DNA of 55,573 nt, filler included, from a bacterium (GCA_027062325.1; 3 parts of 3 records of this genome joined end to end with filler, not necessarily neighbours in it), one strand, 5' to 3'; positions 8,370 through 18,805 are shown, numbered from the whole stretch's first letter. Notes: generated from the sequence alone by a model not told the origin. Made by a program: numbers and translations.

Positions 8370-10712
8370 GTGAAGTTTACATATTCGATGTTAAAGGAGT
8401 TTTTGAATTTGAATATATCTCCGCAAGAGGTTGCAGAGGTTTTGGATAAGCAATGTGCAGAGGTTGCAGAGCTAAAAGAGATAGGTGGTTGGCCAAATGT
8501 TGTGTTGGGAAGAATAGATGAGATTGAAAAACATCCAAATGCGGATAAGTTAAAAATTTGTCGTATTAATGTTGGAGATGGTTACAAGCAGATTATAACA
8601 GCAGCTCAAGTTCATGAAGGAATGTGGGTAGGAGTAGCGTTACATGGAGCCAAACTTGTGTCGGGCACTATTAAAAAGACGAAGTTGCGTGGAGTATTAT
8701 CTGAAGGGATGCTGTGTGCGACTTCTGAACTTGGAATTGATGAAGTGTGTGATGGAGTTAGTGATTTGCAATCGGAGCTTCCAAATTTTGAGTTTAGGGA
8801 TGAGTTATTAGGTAAAGATTTAGGTGAAGCTCTGGGGTTGAAGGATTGGTTGTTTGAGATAGAGGTTAATCCCAATAGACCCGATTTGCTTGGAGTGGTT
8901 GGAGTTGCTAGAGAATTGGTAGCGGCAGGTGTAGCAGAGTACAGAGGAGAGTGGAGTTCTGGTTATCCAATTTTTGCTTTTGACGTTGAGAAAAGTATGC
9001 CGCTTTCTATAAGGATAGAGGATCCTATGGCTTGTTACAGATACACCGGTGCAGTTTTTGATGTTGAAGTTAAAAAGTCAGATTTAAGAATGCGCTTTTT
9101 ACTTAAGGAATGTGGGTTCAAGCCAATAAACAACGTTGTTGATATGACAAATTTTGTGATGCTCATGTTTGGACATCCAGTTCATGCTTTTGATTACGAT
9201 AAATTTGGAAATGAAGTGGTTGTTAACTATTCCTTAAAGGGAGAAAAGTTTGTAAGTTTTACAGGAGAAGAGATAGAATTGCCTGAGGGGTTACTTGTTA
9301 TCAGAAATGGTGCTGGAAAAATTGGAGCTGTAGCAGGAGTTGTGGGAAGTCCTGAGTTGTCGGTAAGTGATGATACAAAGAGAATAGTTCTTGAGGTAGC
9401 AGCTTTTAATCCTAAAGTTGTGAGAAAATCTCAGAAAATTTTGGGAGTGACGGAGAGTTCATATCGTTTTGTTAGATTTGTTGATCCTGATAATCCACTT
9501 CCAGTGGTTGGTTATTTTGCTGAAGGTATTAAAAAGAAGGCTGTAGCTTATGAGGATATGTATGTAAATAAAGTTGACCAGGCAAAGGTTAAGGTTAATT
9601 CTCGATGGCTGAAGAGATTTTTGGGATTTGATGCAACGGGTGAGTTTGAAAAGATGAAAAGGTTGGGATTTGCGGTAAATGTTGAGAAGGATAATGTTGA
9701 GATAACAGTTCCTAGCTGGCGAATTGAAGATATTAAAGCTCGTGAAGATGTGGCAGAAGAGTTGTTGCGCCTTGCAGGTTTTGATAAAGCTCCTTCTACA
9801 CTTCCCCATATTGTGGATGGAAATGATTATCCGAAGACTTTTGATTTCAAAGTTAAGTTGTCTTCCATGCTTAGAGCGGCAGGGTACGATGAAATTGTAA
9901 CGAACTCTTTGGTAGAAAAAGGAGAACTACGTTTGGAGAATCCTGCAAGTGAGAAAATGGCTTATTACCGAAAGAGCTTATTGCCGGAGTTGTTGCACGT
10001 TGTGTTGAGGCGATTCAATTTTGGGGGTGAGATGTTTAAAGTATTTGAGATAGGAAATGTTTATGTGCATGGAGCTGAGCGCCTTGTAGTGGCAGCTGTT
10101 GCTGGAGGTAAAGAGGAGTTTTGGCATGCGACTCATGAGTTTGGTTATCAATGGATCAAATATGCTCTTGAGTTAATGGAGAGGGCATTTGGAGTGGAGT
10201 TTAAGTTTGTTGAGTTAGATAAAGTGAAAGTGAATAAGAAAGAGGTTGATGTGGATGTGGAGGACAGTGGATACCTTCCCGGTAAAGTAGCTGCTATATT
10301 GTATAACGATGTGGTTGTGGGAACTGTTGGAATGATATATCATGGTGAGTTGGAAGATGTTTTGGAAAGGACAGAACTTTTTGCATTTGAGCTGTGTTTG
10401 GATTCGTTTGATTTCGTGGAATATAGATTAAAACCTGTGTTTGATATGGCTGCTGCTAAAAGAGATATTGCGCTTCTCGTTCCTAATGGTGTGACTGCAA
10501 GGGAAATTGAAAAGGTGTTTGCACGGAATCGCTTGATAGAAAGTTACCGTCTTTTTGACGTATATACTGGGAAATGGCAGGATAAGAGAAGTTTAGCTTG
10601 GCGCTTGATTTTCCGCTCTGATAAGAAATTAACTGATAAAGAGGTTGATAAGGAGATAAAGAAAATTTTGAAAGACCTGGAAAAGTTAGGAGTTGTGTTG
10701 AGAGATGAGTAG
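8370..10712 (+). CDS. pheT: Phenylalanine--tRNA ligase beta subunit
   Basis: Motifs HPNADKL, LRGVLSEGMLC, PNRPDLL, INNVVDMTNFVM, PSWR.DI...EDVAEE and a C-terminal FDX-ACB domain (RDIAL, LFDVY.G, SLA.RL.F). Confidence 0.96.
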   Translation: MKFTYSMLKEFLNLNISPQEVAEVLDKQCAEVAELKEIGGWPNVVLGRIDEIEKHPNADKLKICRINVGDGYKQIITAAQVHEGMWVGVALHGAKLVSGTIKKTKLRGVLSEGMLCATSELGIDEVCDGVSDLQSELPNFEFRDELLGKDLGEALGLKDWLFEIEVNPNRPDLLGVVGVARELVAAGVAEYRGEWSSGYPIFAFDVEKSMPLSIRIEDPMACYRYTGAVFDVEVKKSDLRMRFLLKECGFKPINNVVDMTNFVMLMFGHPVHAFDYDKFGNEVVVNYSLKGEKFVSFTGEEIELPEGLLVIRNGAGKIGAVAGVVGSPELSVSDDTKRIVLEVAAFNPKVVRKSQKILGVTESSYRFVRFVDPDNPLPVVGYFAEGIKKKAVAYEDMYVNKVDQAKVKVNSRWLKRFLGFDATGEFEKMKRLGFAVNVEKDNVEITVPSWRIEDIKAREDVAEELLRLAGFDKAPSTLPHIVDGNDYPKTFDFKVKLSSMLRAAGYDEIVTNSLVEKGELRLENPASEKMAYYRKSLLPELLHVVLRRFNFGGEMFKVFEIGNVYVHGAERLVVAAVAGGKEEFWHATHEFGYQWIKYALELMERAFGVEFKFVELDKVKVNKKEVDVDVEDSGYLPGKVAAILYNDVVVGTVGMIYHGELEDVLERTELFAFELCLDSFDFVEYRLKPVFDMAAAKRDIALLVPNGVTAREIEKVFARNRLIESYRLFDVYTGKWQDKRSLAWRLIFRSDKKLTDKEVDKEIKKILKDLEKLGVVLRDE

Positions 10713-10753
10713 TGTTAGGTTTGAATTGCTGATAGATTAAGGGAGGGGTATAT

Positions 10754-11779
10754 ATGACAGAGATGCACGTAAAGGCAATTTCTCAAATAGTGGATTGCTC
10801 TGTTTTAATTTGGGTAATTTACAACTTTATACGTGGAATGGTGAGAGGGCCTTTAACAGAAGGCTTTAGATTAGCAGGTTTTATATTTGGAGGAGTTTTG
10901 ACTTGGTTTTTTAATAAGAATTTAACAAATTGGTTTGTAAACTCTTTGAAGTGGCCGGTTAGTATGGCAGCTCCAATTTCGATAACTCTCATTTTCTTTG
11001 GTGTTTATCTTGGATTTACTTATCTTGGAATGATACTTACCTGGGCATTTACACGAGGAGGAGATGAGAAGTCTCCTATGTCTTTGAGTGATAGAATGCT
11101 TGGAGGACTTGTTTCGTTAGTTACTGCTAGTGTAATAGCGATTTTATTCCTTGTGGCGCCGCTTGCTTTATTCGAGAATATGGGCTTTAATCCTGCTAAG
11201 TATTCTTATAGCTACAAGTATACTAGGAAGTTGTCTTTAAAGTTGTTTACAATGCTTGGAGGAGCTGTGAATCCCAATCTTGTATCTACTGCTAAGGTTG
11301 GTGGGGGATCTTCAGCTGGTTCTAATACTTCCGGAAATACTCTTGGAGGTATGAAGGTGACGCCTTCTAATAGCTCTGGAGATTCTGGTTCAAAACCTCT
11401 CAGTATGGCTGATATTTTTAAAGTTTACAACGTCGTTTCGCAAAATCCTGATGTTGCAATGCAAGCTATTATGAAAGATCCAGCAGCGCAGAAGTTGTTA
11501 ATGCATCCTAAGATAAGAGATGTTATATCGGATAAGGAGCTGATTGAAAAGGTGCGTCAAAAGGGTCCAATGGTGGTTATGGATCCATCAGTAATGGCAA
11601 GAGTTAATGAAATACTTACTGATCCAGAGATTGCTAAGCTTTTTAGAAATATCGATTGGGAAAAGATAAAGAAGGAGATAGAGGCTGCTCAAGAGACAGA
11701 GACAGGAGCTAAGTCTAGAAATACCAATACGAAGACCAATAGCGGTTCTGGTGGAGGACTCTTTGACTGGTTCAAGTGA
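10754..11779 (+). CDS. cvpA: CvpA (colicin V production) family membrane protein with a long C-terminal extension
   Basis: Four TM helices, G..RG...E motif and DRMLGG motif, followed by a G/S linker and a DP-repeat helical tail. Confidence 0.75.
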   Translation: MTEMHVKAISQIVDCSVLIWVIYNFIRGMVRGPLTEGFRLAGFIFGGVLTWFFNKNLTNWFVNSLKWPVSMAAPISITLIFFGVYLGFTYLGMILTWAFTRGGDEKSPMSLSDRMLGGLVSLVTASVIAILFLVAPLALFENMGFNPAKYSYSYKYTRKLSLKLFTMLGGAVNPNLVSTAKVGGGSSAGSNTSGNTLGGMKVTPSNSSGDSGSKPLSMADIFKVYNVVSQNPDVAMQAIMKDPAAQKLLMHPKIRDVISDKELIEKVRQKGPMVVMDPSVMARVNEILTDPEIAKLFRNIDWEKIKKEIEAAQETETGAKSRNTNTKTNSGSGGGLFDWFK

Positions 11780-11793
11780 TGGAGGGATAGAGT

Positions 11794-12327
11794 ATGGAGT
11801 TTAATTCAGCGGCTTTAAGAAAACTGTTTGAGAGTAGAAGGAGCATAAGAAAATACAAAAGAGCTGCCACATTGGAAGAATTGAGGAAAATAGTCGAACT
11901 TGCTAGGTTGGCTCCCTCTGCGAAGAATATGCAACCTTGGAAAGTTAGTTTAGTTACGGACCCGGACTTGAGGGTTAAGATCAGAGATGAGGTTTGCAGG
12001 GGGCGTGAGTTTATAGCTCAGGCTAGTTTAATTTTGATATGGACTGAACCTGCTATTGCCTATAAATCTTGGAGAGCTGTTGATGGAGATAATACTGCTG
12101 ATGTAGATGCAGCGATATTCACAACTTATGCCATACTTGCAGCGAAGAGCTTGGGATTGGGAAGTTGTTGGATAGCAGCTTTTGATGAAGATAAAATTTT
12201 TGACATATTTCCGGATAAAAAGAGAAAGTACAGATTATTTGCTATACTAACTGTCGGCGAGCCAGCAGAAGAGCCAGTGCCGCGCGGTAGGAAATCTGTG
12301 GATGAGATAATTTTAGAGGAAAGATAA
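11794..12327 (+). CDS. Nitroreductase family flavoprotein
   Basis: Motifs RRSIRKY, APSAKNMQPW, LGLGSCWI and RGRK. Confidence 0.93.
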   Translation: MEFNSAALRKLFESRRSIRKYKRAATLEELRKIVELARLAPSAKNMQPWKVSLVTDPDLRVKIRDEVCRGREFIAQASLILIWTEPAIAYKSWRAVDGDNTADVDAAIFTTYAILAAKSLGLGSCWIAAFDEDKIFDIFPDKKRKYRLFAILTVGEPAEEPVPRGRKSVDEIILEER

Positions 12328-12378
12328 GTTGTTCAACTTTGGCAAATATAGTTAGGTTGGTGTTGTGGAGGGGGCGTT

Positions 12379-13152
12379 TTGAAGTTACTGGTCAATAAAA
12401 AAGAGAAGAGGTTTCGTGGATTTACGGGAATTTGGAAAGGGTTGAAGATTTTTTTAGAGGAGTATCCAGAGGCCATTCATGATGGAGCAAGAGTAGTTGT
12501 AGGTGTATCTGGTGGAAAGGATAGCTTGGTTTTGAGCTATATTGTGGAGATTTTAAGAAAGTCTAAAAATTTTGAGGTTGAGTATGTGTTTGTTGATGCA
12601 GGTTTTTTAGAAAAGGAAAAAATTAGTAAGTTCAAATGTGAATTTGAAAGAATTATAGGACGAGAACTGCTTATCTTAAAACATCATGAAATAAAAAATG
12701 CTGTAGTGGAAGCACTTGATGAATACAACGCATGTTTTACCTGTTCGCGTTTAAGAAGAAAGTGGTTGTTTGAGTACTGTAGAAATAGGGCAGAAGTTTT
12801 GATGTTGGGACATCACAGAGATGATGTGGTGGTTTCGCTTTTGATGAGCATGCTTTTTTCGGCACGGATTGAAACAATGCTCCCTGTAAAGCCCATATTC
12901 AATGCTACTCTCAAACTTGTTAGGCCGCTTTACTTTGTTTGGGAGAAAGATATTAGGTCTTTTGTAAAATCTAAGGGTTGGAAACTTCTTGATAAGAGCT
13001 GTAATTATGCAGATGATACTGGAAGAAAATATGTTGAGGATGTTTATCACTATATGGTAAGGAAAGAGCCGCGTTTATTCAAATTTAATCTTTTCAACAG
13101 CATAAAAGCAGTAAAAAGGTCTGGGATTTTGAAATTGCATCCTTATACGTAA
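12379..13152 (+). CDS. ttcA: TtcA-like PP-loop tRNA thiolation protein
   Basis: SGGKDS PP-loop, CFTCSRLRR, GHHRDD, RPL...E and a single distal Cys (KSC). Confidence 0.75.
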   Translation: MKLLVNKKEKRFRGFTGIWKGLKIFLEEYPEAIHDGARVVVGVSGGKDSLVLSYIVEILRKSKNFEVEYVFVDAGFLEKEKISKFKCEFERIIGRELLILKHHEIKNAVVEALDEYNACFTCSRLRRKWLFEYCRNRAEVLMLGHHRDDVVVSLLMSMLFSARIETMLPVKPIFNATLKLVRPLYFVWEKDIRSFVKSKGWKLLDKSCNYADDTGRKYVEDVYHYMVRKEPRLFKFNLFNSIKAVKRSGILKLHPYT

Positions 13153-13182
13153 ATATGTAAAGCTGAAGTTGCTGCTTGATGA

Positions 13183-14067
13183 GTGGTTGGGATGGAGATG
13201 GAGTCGAAAGATATAACAGAAGTTGTAAATGAAGTAAAAATCAATCCACAAAATTCTGAGCAAAGAAGCGAGGTAAAAAATTCTTCACCTGTTTATAGGA
13301 TAAAAATGTATGGGGTTTTTAAGCCCTTTCCTATGCTTACATCGTTGGTGTTACCGTTAGGAATATACGATGAATATGAACTTCAATTGATAGAGAGTAA
13401 AGGTGATACTGTTCCTCAAGGAAAAGTTTTGGTGGCAGGAAGAAGGGATAAGTATCAGGTCGGTATTGAAGTTGAGTCTGGATACAAGTTAAAGATTTTT
13501 TCCCACATACCATATGATGAGAGGTTCTTCTTGCACTTTATCGATCAAATGGCTTATAACAGTTTGAAGATGGGGGGATTTCCTGATGCTTTTAACAATT
13601 TAAGAAGTAATCTTGAAGTTGCTATTGCTTCTTACGAAAATGTGGCAACCATTTGCCCTGAGCAGATAGTTTCCAAAATTGGGGTAGTTCACTACCACGT
13701 TGGATTTGTTTTTAGCAGAATATTTGAGCGTCAAGTTTATAACTTCAACTTTGGAATAAATCATGAGATAGTAGATTATATAGCGGAACTTGTTCTTGCT
13801 ATATCAAATGAATATCGTGATGAATTTTTGTCTAGGTTAAAGCGAGTCTTTAACGCTTTTTACGTGCCAAGAAATTTTCCATTTGCAAATTATGTTTACT
13901 CCATCTGCAACGCTCATGAGGTAGCTTACTGGTTGGTTGGAGATGGATTTATAATGCTGATAGGAGATGAGAGGCTTAAAGGGGCTTTAGGAGCTTTAGT
14001 TTCCTTCTTGGAAGAAGAGGGATTTGAGGCTAAATATGAGGAGTATCGAATGAAGGTTGACATTTAA
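13183..14067 (+). CDS. Homoserine kinase (ThrB/GHMP)-like protein with degenerate catalytic motifs
   Basis: Segments collinear with ThrB (SLVLPLGIYD, KIFSHIP, LVLAI, WLVGDG) but lacking the PxxxGLGSS, HxDN and SGAG motifs; adjacent to aspartate kinase. Confidence 0.5.
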   Translation: MVGMEMESKDITEVVNEVKINPQNSEQRSEVKNSSPVYRIKMYGVFKPFPMLTSLVLPLGIYDEYELQLIESKGDTVPQGKVLVAGRRDKYQVGIEVESGYKLKIFSHIPYDERFFLHFIDQMAYNSLKMGGFPDAFNNLRSNLEVAIASYENVATICPEQIVSKIGVVHYHVGFVFSRIFERQVYNFNFGINHEIVDYIAELVLAISNEYRDEFLSRLKRVFNAFYVPRNFPFANYVYSICNAHEVAYWLVGDGFIMLIGDERLKGALGALVSFLEEEGFEAKYEEYRMKVDI

Positions 14068-14083
14068 GGAAAGAGGTGTTTAT

Positions 14084-15151
14084 ATGAGTGAAGTGCTTTT
14101 GGTTAAATACGGTGGAACTTCAGTGCGTGATGCGTATCACATAAATCAAGTTGCTAAAAGAATTGCAGGGGAAGCTGAGAAAAGAAGTGTTCTTGTCGTT
14201 GTCTCGGCTATGGCTGGTTTTACAGATTACTTGAAGGAGATGGCTGAGCATTTTTATCAGCATCCAAGTGTTGAAAAGGACTACATACTATCTACTGGAG
14301 AGGAAGCGACGGCAGCTCTTTTGAGCTTGGCTTTGAAGAGTTTGGGAGTGCGAGTTAAGTTGTTTTATCCTGATATGATCAATCTTGTTGTGAGTGGAGG
14401 AGCTTCTAATGGTAAGTTGATTGGAGTGAATGTTGATAGGTTAACTTCGGCTTTGCAAAATTCCGTAGTGGTGGTTCCGGGATTCTTTGCAGTTAGGGCA
14501 GATGGATATCGTATTACACTGGGAAGGGGTTCTTCTGATTTGATAGCGATTTTTTTAGCTCACTGTTTGGCTAAGGCAGGTTTTGATAATATAGATGTGA
14601 GAATAAGAACGGATGTTGATGGGATTTACACTTTTCCCCCTGAACTAGAATTTGCTAAAAAAGTTGATGAGTTATTTCACGAAGAGGTAACGGAACTTGC
14701 AAGATATGGAGCAAAGGTTATGCAGTATGAAGCTGCAAGGTTTGCTATGGAAAAGAAAGTTGATTACTGGGTTGAAGCTTCGCATATCAATGTGAGGGGG
14801 AGTAAGGTTCACGATGACGTAGAACGTAAAGCAAGAGTGATTGCGGTTACTAGACAGAGAGTGGCTTTGGTGGAAGATGAGAGTGGAGTAAGAGTGGTTC
14901 CGCGTGCAATGTTGCGTGAGGTACTAGAAGAAGGAAACGTTGGCTGGCGGCGAGTTGAAACGGAGTATGAAAGGGTGAGCGTAGTGGGATATGATATTCA
15001 AAAATTAAGTGTAGTCGATGATGTTGTGAAAATTGCGGCTTATTTGGCGGCTAGAAATGTGGAGACGGCGCGACATCGTATAAGTTTTGTTGTGCACAGC
15101 TTTAAGGTTACAGAGGCTATGAATAGATTGAATGCTCTCGTAATGAATTGA
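14084..15151 (+). CDS. lysC: Aspartate kinase with shortened ACT region
   Basis: Motifs KYGGTSV, VVSAM, STGE, TLGRGSSD, TDVDG and GAKV. GAGGTG precedes ATG14084. Confidence 0.9.
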   Translation: MSEVLLVKYGGTSVRDAYHINQVAKRIAGEAEKRSVLVVVSAMAGFTDYLKEMAEHFYQHPSVEKDYILSTGEEATAALLSLALKSLGVRVKLFYPDMINLVVSGGASNGKLIGVNVDRLTSALQNSVVVVPGFFAVRADGYRITLGRGSSDLIAIFLAHCLAKAGFDNIDVRIRTDVDGIYTFPPELEFAKKVDELFHEEVTELARYGAKVMQYEAARFAMEKKVDYWVEASHINVRGSKVHDDVERKARVIAVTRQRVALVEDESGVRVVPRAMLREVLEEGNVGWRRVETEYERVSVVGYDIQKLSVVDDVVKIAAYLAARNVETARHRISFVVHSFKVTEAMNRLNALVMN

Positions 15152-15227
15152 CTTCAATAGCTTGTAATAGCGTTAAATGGCGCGGGCTGGTAAAGTTTTC
15201 TTAAAGTATTGTGCAAACCTTGTGTTA

Positions 15228-15440
15228 TTATTTGCAGCATTTTTCATTTAGCTCTTTTAAAAATTCCTCATTCATTTCGTAGTTGTTTATTCTACAAAGA
15301 TCTTCTAGGGTTCCCCAAAAAACATCCCCGCATGTTAAAAGTTTTATTCCATACTTCATGCCTATTTTTATGGATTCAGGACAGTTCTTCAGAATATCCT
15401 CAACCGGAGTTGTCCAGTTAATACAGTTGTTAGAAGACAT
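15228..15440 (-). CDS. Small DUF1858-like protein
   Basis: Pattern T.VEDIL..CPE...G..YGI....CG....TLEDLC with RBS AAAGGAGG upstream. Confidence 0.65.
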   Translation of the reverse strand: MSSNNCINWTTPVEDILKNCPESIKIGMKYGIKLLTCGDVFWGTLEDLCRINNYEMNEEFLKELNEKCCK

Positions 15441-15566
15441 AAAAAAGCCTCCTTTCGTGCTTATATTACGAGTGAGTTGTTAGCTTATCTTACTTCTAAA
15501 TTTATCCTAAAGTTCGAATAGAATCAATTTTGGCCGGTTGAATTAATTGTCTTGAAAAACTAATAA

Positions 15567-16229
15567 TTACGGTATTTTCAGTTCTAATTCAGGATGGACA
15601 GCTTCATGGATTGCCTTTTTTGTTAGATATAGAATTTCATCTTCATCTTCAGAAAAGATTGCTGGCATAAATCTCAATTCCACACTGCCGGGGCGTGGTA
15701 CTATCTTTCCTTTTGGTAGAACTTTGTGAGCTCCAATGACGGCACATGGAATAACCGGTACTTTTAATTTGGCGGCAAAGCGTGCGAAACCTTTTTTAAA
15801 CGTGCGAAGTTTGCCGTCAGGAGAGCGGGTACCTTCTGGAAATATTGCCAAAGTTTTACCGTGCAGAAGCTTTTCTTTGACTTTTTTGAATAAGGTGGCA
15901 GGAGGATTACGTCTATCTATGGCTATGAAGCCGGATCTGTGCATTGCAAAACCTACAAAAGGTAAGTCAAAGACCTCTTTTTTGCTTATAAAGACTACTT
16001 CTCGCCCCGGGGTTGCAAAGATTAGAGGTCCCTCTATGAGACTGACGTGGTTAGCGGCTATTATGCAATTTGAAGGAGGAAGATTTTCAAGACCTGTAAA
16101 CTTGTAGTCGATGCCGTACATCTTCATTATATCCAATACTACTTGCTTTGTTTTAAGAATATATGGGTCTGAAATTGGAATTACAGAAGCTCTGCAATTT
16201 TTAAAATTAATTTTTTCTAAATTGCGCAC
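15567..16229 (-). CDS. plsC: 1-acyl-sn-glycerol-3-phosphate acyltransferase
   Basis: Motifs NHVSLIE (HX4E variant), FISKKE, IDR, IFPEGTRS and FKKG. Confidence 0.88.
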   Translation of the reverse strand: MRNLEKINFKNCRASVIPISDPYILKTKQVVLDIMKMYGIDYKFTGLENLPPSNCIIAANHVSLIEGPLIFATPGREVVFISKKEVFDLPFVGFAMHRSGFIAIDRRNPPATLFKKVKEKLLHGKTLAIFPEGTRSPDGKLRTFKKGFARFAAKLKVPVIPCAVIGAHKVLPKGKIVPRPGSVELRFMPAIFSEDEDEILYLTKKAIHEAVHPELELKIP

Positions 16230-16252
16230 TCCCCATGCCTCCAGTTACTGCT

Positions 16253-16666
16253 TTATTCTTCTACCTGAGTTGTGATTGATACATTTTGAATGCCAAATTT
16301 GTTGACAATATCTAAAACACGGACTACTATTGCAAACATGACATTTTTATCGGCACGTATGCTTACAAATTCTGGGGTGTCTTTCATTAAAAAGTTCGGA
16401 ATCTGCCATGCTTGGATTTTAGTTGGTTCGGTTTGCTTATAGGAAGAGTAGAAAAGAGCTGGTTCTGTAGTTATGCTAATCTCTGCCCATTTTGAGGGAG
16501 AGGAGGCTTTGGTACCTCCTTTTGGAAGTGATACTTTGATTTTGCCCTCTATGTGTGAATACTGAGCCACAACAAGCAAGAATGCCACGATTATCAAAAC
16601 TGCATCCAACATTGGAGTTAAATTAACTAGTTGACGCTTGGGTTTACGCCATGGGAGATTTGGCAT
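16253..16666 (-). CDS. exbD: ExbD/TolR family protein
   Basis: NLTPMLD with the conserved TM Asp, followed by V.LP and IRADK....V..VLD. Confidence 0.88.
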   Translation of the reverse strand: MPNLPWRKPKRQLVNLTPMLDAVLIIVAFLLVVAQYSHIEGKIKVSLPKGGTKASSPSKWAEISITTEPALFYSSYKQTEPTKIQAWQIPNFLMKDTPEFVSIRADKNVMFAIVVRVLDIVNKFGIQNVSITTQVEE

Positions 16667-16721
16667 ACCAAAGCCTCCTTTTGCTTTGAATTTGGAATTT
16701 ACACTACAATTTCTACGTTTT

Positions 16722-17987
16722 TTACATCTCTAATTCTGGATAAAGTGGGAACTCCTCTGTGAGTTTAATCACTTCTTCTTTTACCTTTGCTACAACTTCA
16801 TTTATATTTTCGGATTTTGCATGTTCGATTATTTCGGTTATAAAGCCTGCGATTTTTTTCATCTCGGCTTCTTTCATGCCGCGGGTTGTAACAGCAGGGG
16901 TTCCCAATCTTATTCCACTTGTAAGAGTTGGCTTACGGGGATCAAATGGGATCGCGTTTTTATTTACGGTTATGTTTGCTTCTCCCAAAAGACGTTCGAT
17001 CTTTTTACCAGATACATCTTTTTCGACAAGGTTTACCAGCATTAAATGATTATCAGTGCCGCCGGATACAAGCTTAATTCCACGATCAATGAGTGCTTGT
17101 GCTAATGCCTTTGCATTCCTTACCACTTGTTTTATGTACGATTTGAAATTATCGGATAGTGCTTCTTTGAAGGCGACAGCTTTTGCTGCAATTATGTGCA
17201 TGAGTGGACCACCTTGTATTCCGGGGAAGACGAGCTTGTCAATCCTTTTTCCTAATTCCTCGTTGTTTGATAGAATCAATCCTCCACGAGGACCACGTAA
17301 AGTTTTGTGAGTGGTTGTTGTAACAACATGAGCGTATGGGAGTGGAGATGGATGCTCTCCTGCTGCTACAAGTCCAGCTATATGAGCCATGTCCACAACG
17401 AGGTATGCTCCCACCTTATCAGCAATCTCGCGTAAGCGCTTGAAGTCTATGATTCTAGGATAAGCACTTGCTCCAGCCATTATAAGCTTAGGTTTGTGTT
17501 CAATAGCCAGTTTTTCGACTTCATCGTAATCAATTGTTTCTGTTTCTTTGCTTACACCGTAAGATACAACGTTGTATAGCTTTCCAGAGAAATTGACAGG
17601 AGATCCGTGGGTTAGGTGACCTCCAGCTGCAAGATCCATTCCCATTATTGTGTCGCCCGGTTCCAAAAGAGCCATGTACACAGCCATGTTTGCTTGAGAT
17701 CCAGAGTGAGGCTGTACATTTGCCCACGCACAGTTAAAGAGTTTTTTTGCACGTTCGCGTGCAAGTTCTTCTGCTACGTCGACGTATTGACATCCACCGT
17801 AATAGCGCTTTTTTGGATATCCTTCGGCATACTTATTTGTCATAACACTTCCTGCTGCTTCCATTACTGCAAGTGATGTGAAATTTTCCGAGGCTATTAA
17901 TTCCAGATGATGACGTTGACGCTCTAGCTCGCTTTTTATGGCTTCGTAAATTTCAGGATCACTTTGCTTTAAAAATTTGAAATCCAT
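16722..17987 (-). CDS. glyA: Serine hydroxymethyltransferase
   Basis: Motifs [43 protein letters not shown] and GGTDNHL. AGGAGG lies upstream of ATG17987. Confidence 0.98.
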   Translation of the reverse strand: MDFKFLKQSDPEIYEAIKSELERQRHHLELIASENFTSLAVMEAAGSVMTNKYAEGYPKKRYYGGCQYVDVAEELARERAKKLFNCAWANVQPHSGSQANMAVYMALLEPGDTIMGMDLAAGGHLTHGSPVNFSGKLYNVVSYGVSKETETIDYDEVEKLAIEHKPKLIMAGASAYPRIIDFKRLREIADKVGAYLVVDMAHIAGLVAAGEHPSPLPYAHVVTTTTHKTLRGPRGGLILSNNEELGKRIDKLVFPGIQGGPLMHIIAAKAVAFKEALSDNFKSYIKQVVRNAKALAQALIDRGIKLVSGGTDNHLMLVNLVEKDVSGKKIERLLGEANITVNKNAIPFDPRKPTLTSGIRLGTPAVTTRGMKEAEMKKIAGFITEIIEHAKSENINEVVAKVKEEVIKLTEEFPLYPELEM

Positions 17988-18016
17988 GTGATTCAACCTC
18001 CTTTAAATTTCTTTGT

Positions 18017-18805
18017 TTACGTTGAGGATGATAGACCATTTGTATTTTTACAATCCCTTATTATCTTACAAAACGCGTTGTATGGATGGATACTTTCAAA
18101 ACTTTTAACCTCTACTGTAAATTTAACATTTAGATTTTCTAATTTAGATGCAATTAAACGAGCAATATCTTCTACAAAATTGGGTTTTTCGTAAGATGAT
18201 TCGGTTACAACTTTTTCATCGGGGCGTTTTAAAATTGGAAACAGAGGGGATGAAGCGGCTTCATCCACAATTTTTACGATCGAGTGGAATAAATCCATAT
18301 CACTGTAGACTCTTACTATTACACGAGCGCGTTGATTGTGGGCGTTGTATTTTGAAATTTCCTTTGAGCATGGACAGAGAGTCATAATTTCCATTGTTAC
18401 TGTTTGCCAAATTTTTCTTAGGTTTTCGTCTATCAAAACGCCAAGCTCATAATTCACAGGATAGAACCCATTTCTTTTCGTAGCAGGAGATGATTTTCTC
18501 ACAAAAACTTCACAAATGGCTTTTATCATTGCAAGATCAGATGCGAGTTTATCTTTTAAGTGCTTCGCTTTCTCCAAAAATGAGCTTATACTGATCTCCA
18601 AAGGAGAAGATAGAATCTCTTCAGAAATTCTACTCATATGTGTTCCTTTGTAATTTTCAGAAAGAGAAACCAGGGCAGAAACTGTTGCTACAGAGGTTGA
18701 AGGTTCTGCAAATTTAAGAATACATGGAACTTTTACATCGGTGATACCCACCATATCTATTGGTATTTCAATTTCAGGCTTTAGGCTTTGAACGTCAATG
18801 AGCAA
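18017..18805 (-). CDS. folE2: GTP cyclohydrolase IB (FolE2)
   Basis: Motifs DVQ, KGTHMSR, TLCPCSKEIS, AHNQR, LKRPDEK, FVED and ESIH. Probable TTG start at 18805 after GGAGGG, overlapping queD. Confidence 0.93.
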   Translation of the reverse strand: MLIDVQSLKPEIEIPIDMVGITDVKVPCILKFAEPSTSVATVSALVSLSENYKGTHMSRISEEILSSPLEISISSFLEKAKHLKDKLASDLAMIKAICEVFVRKSSPATKRNGFYPVNYELGVLIDENLRKIWQTVTMEIMTLCPCSKEISKYNAHNQRARVIVRVYSDMDLFHSIVKIVDEAASSPLFPILKRPDEKVVTESSYEKPNFVEDIARLIASKLENLNVKFTVEVKSFESIHPYNAFCKIIRDCKNTNGLSSST

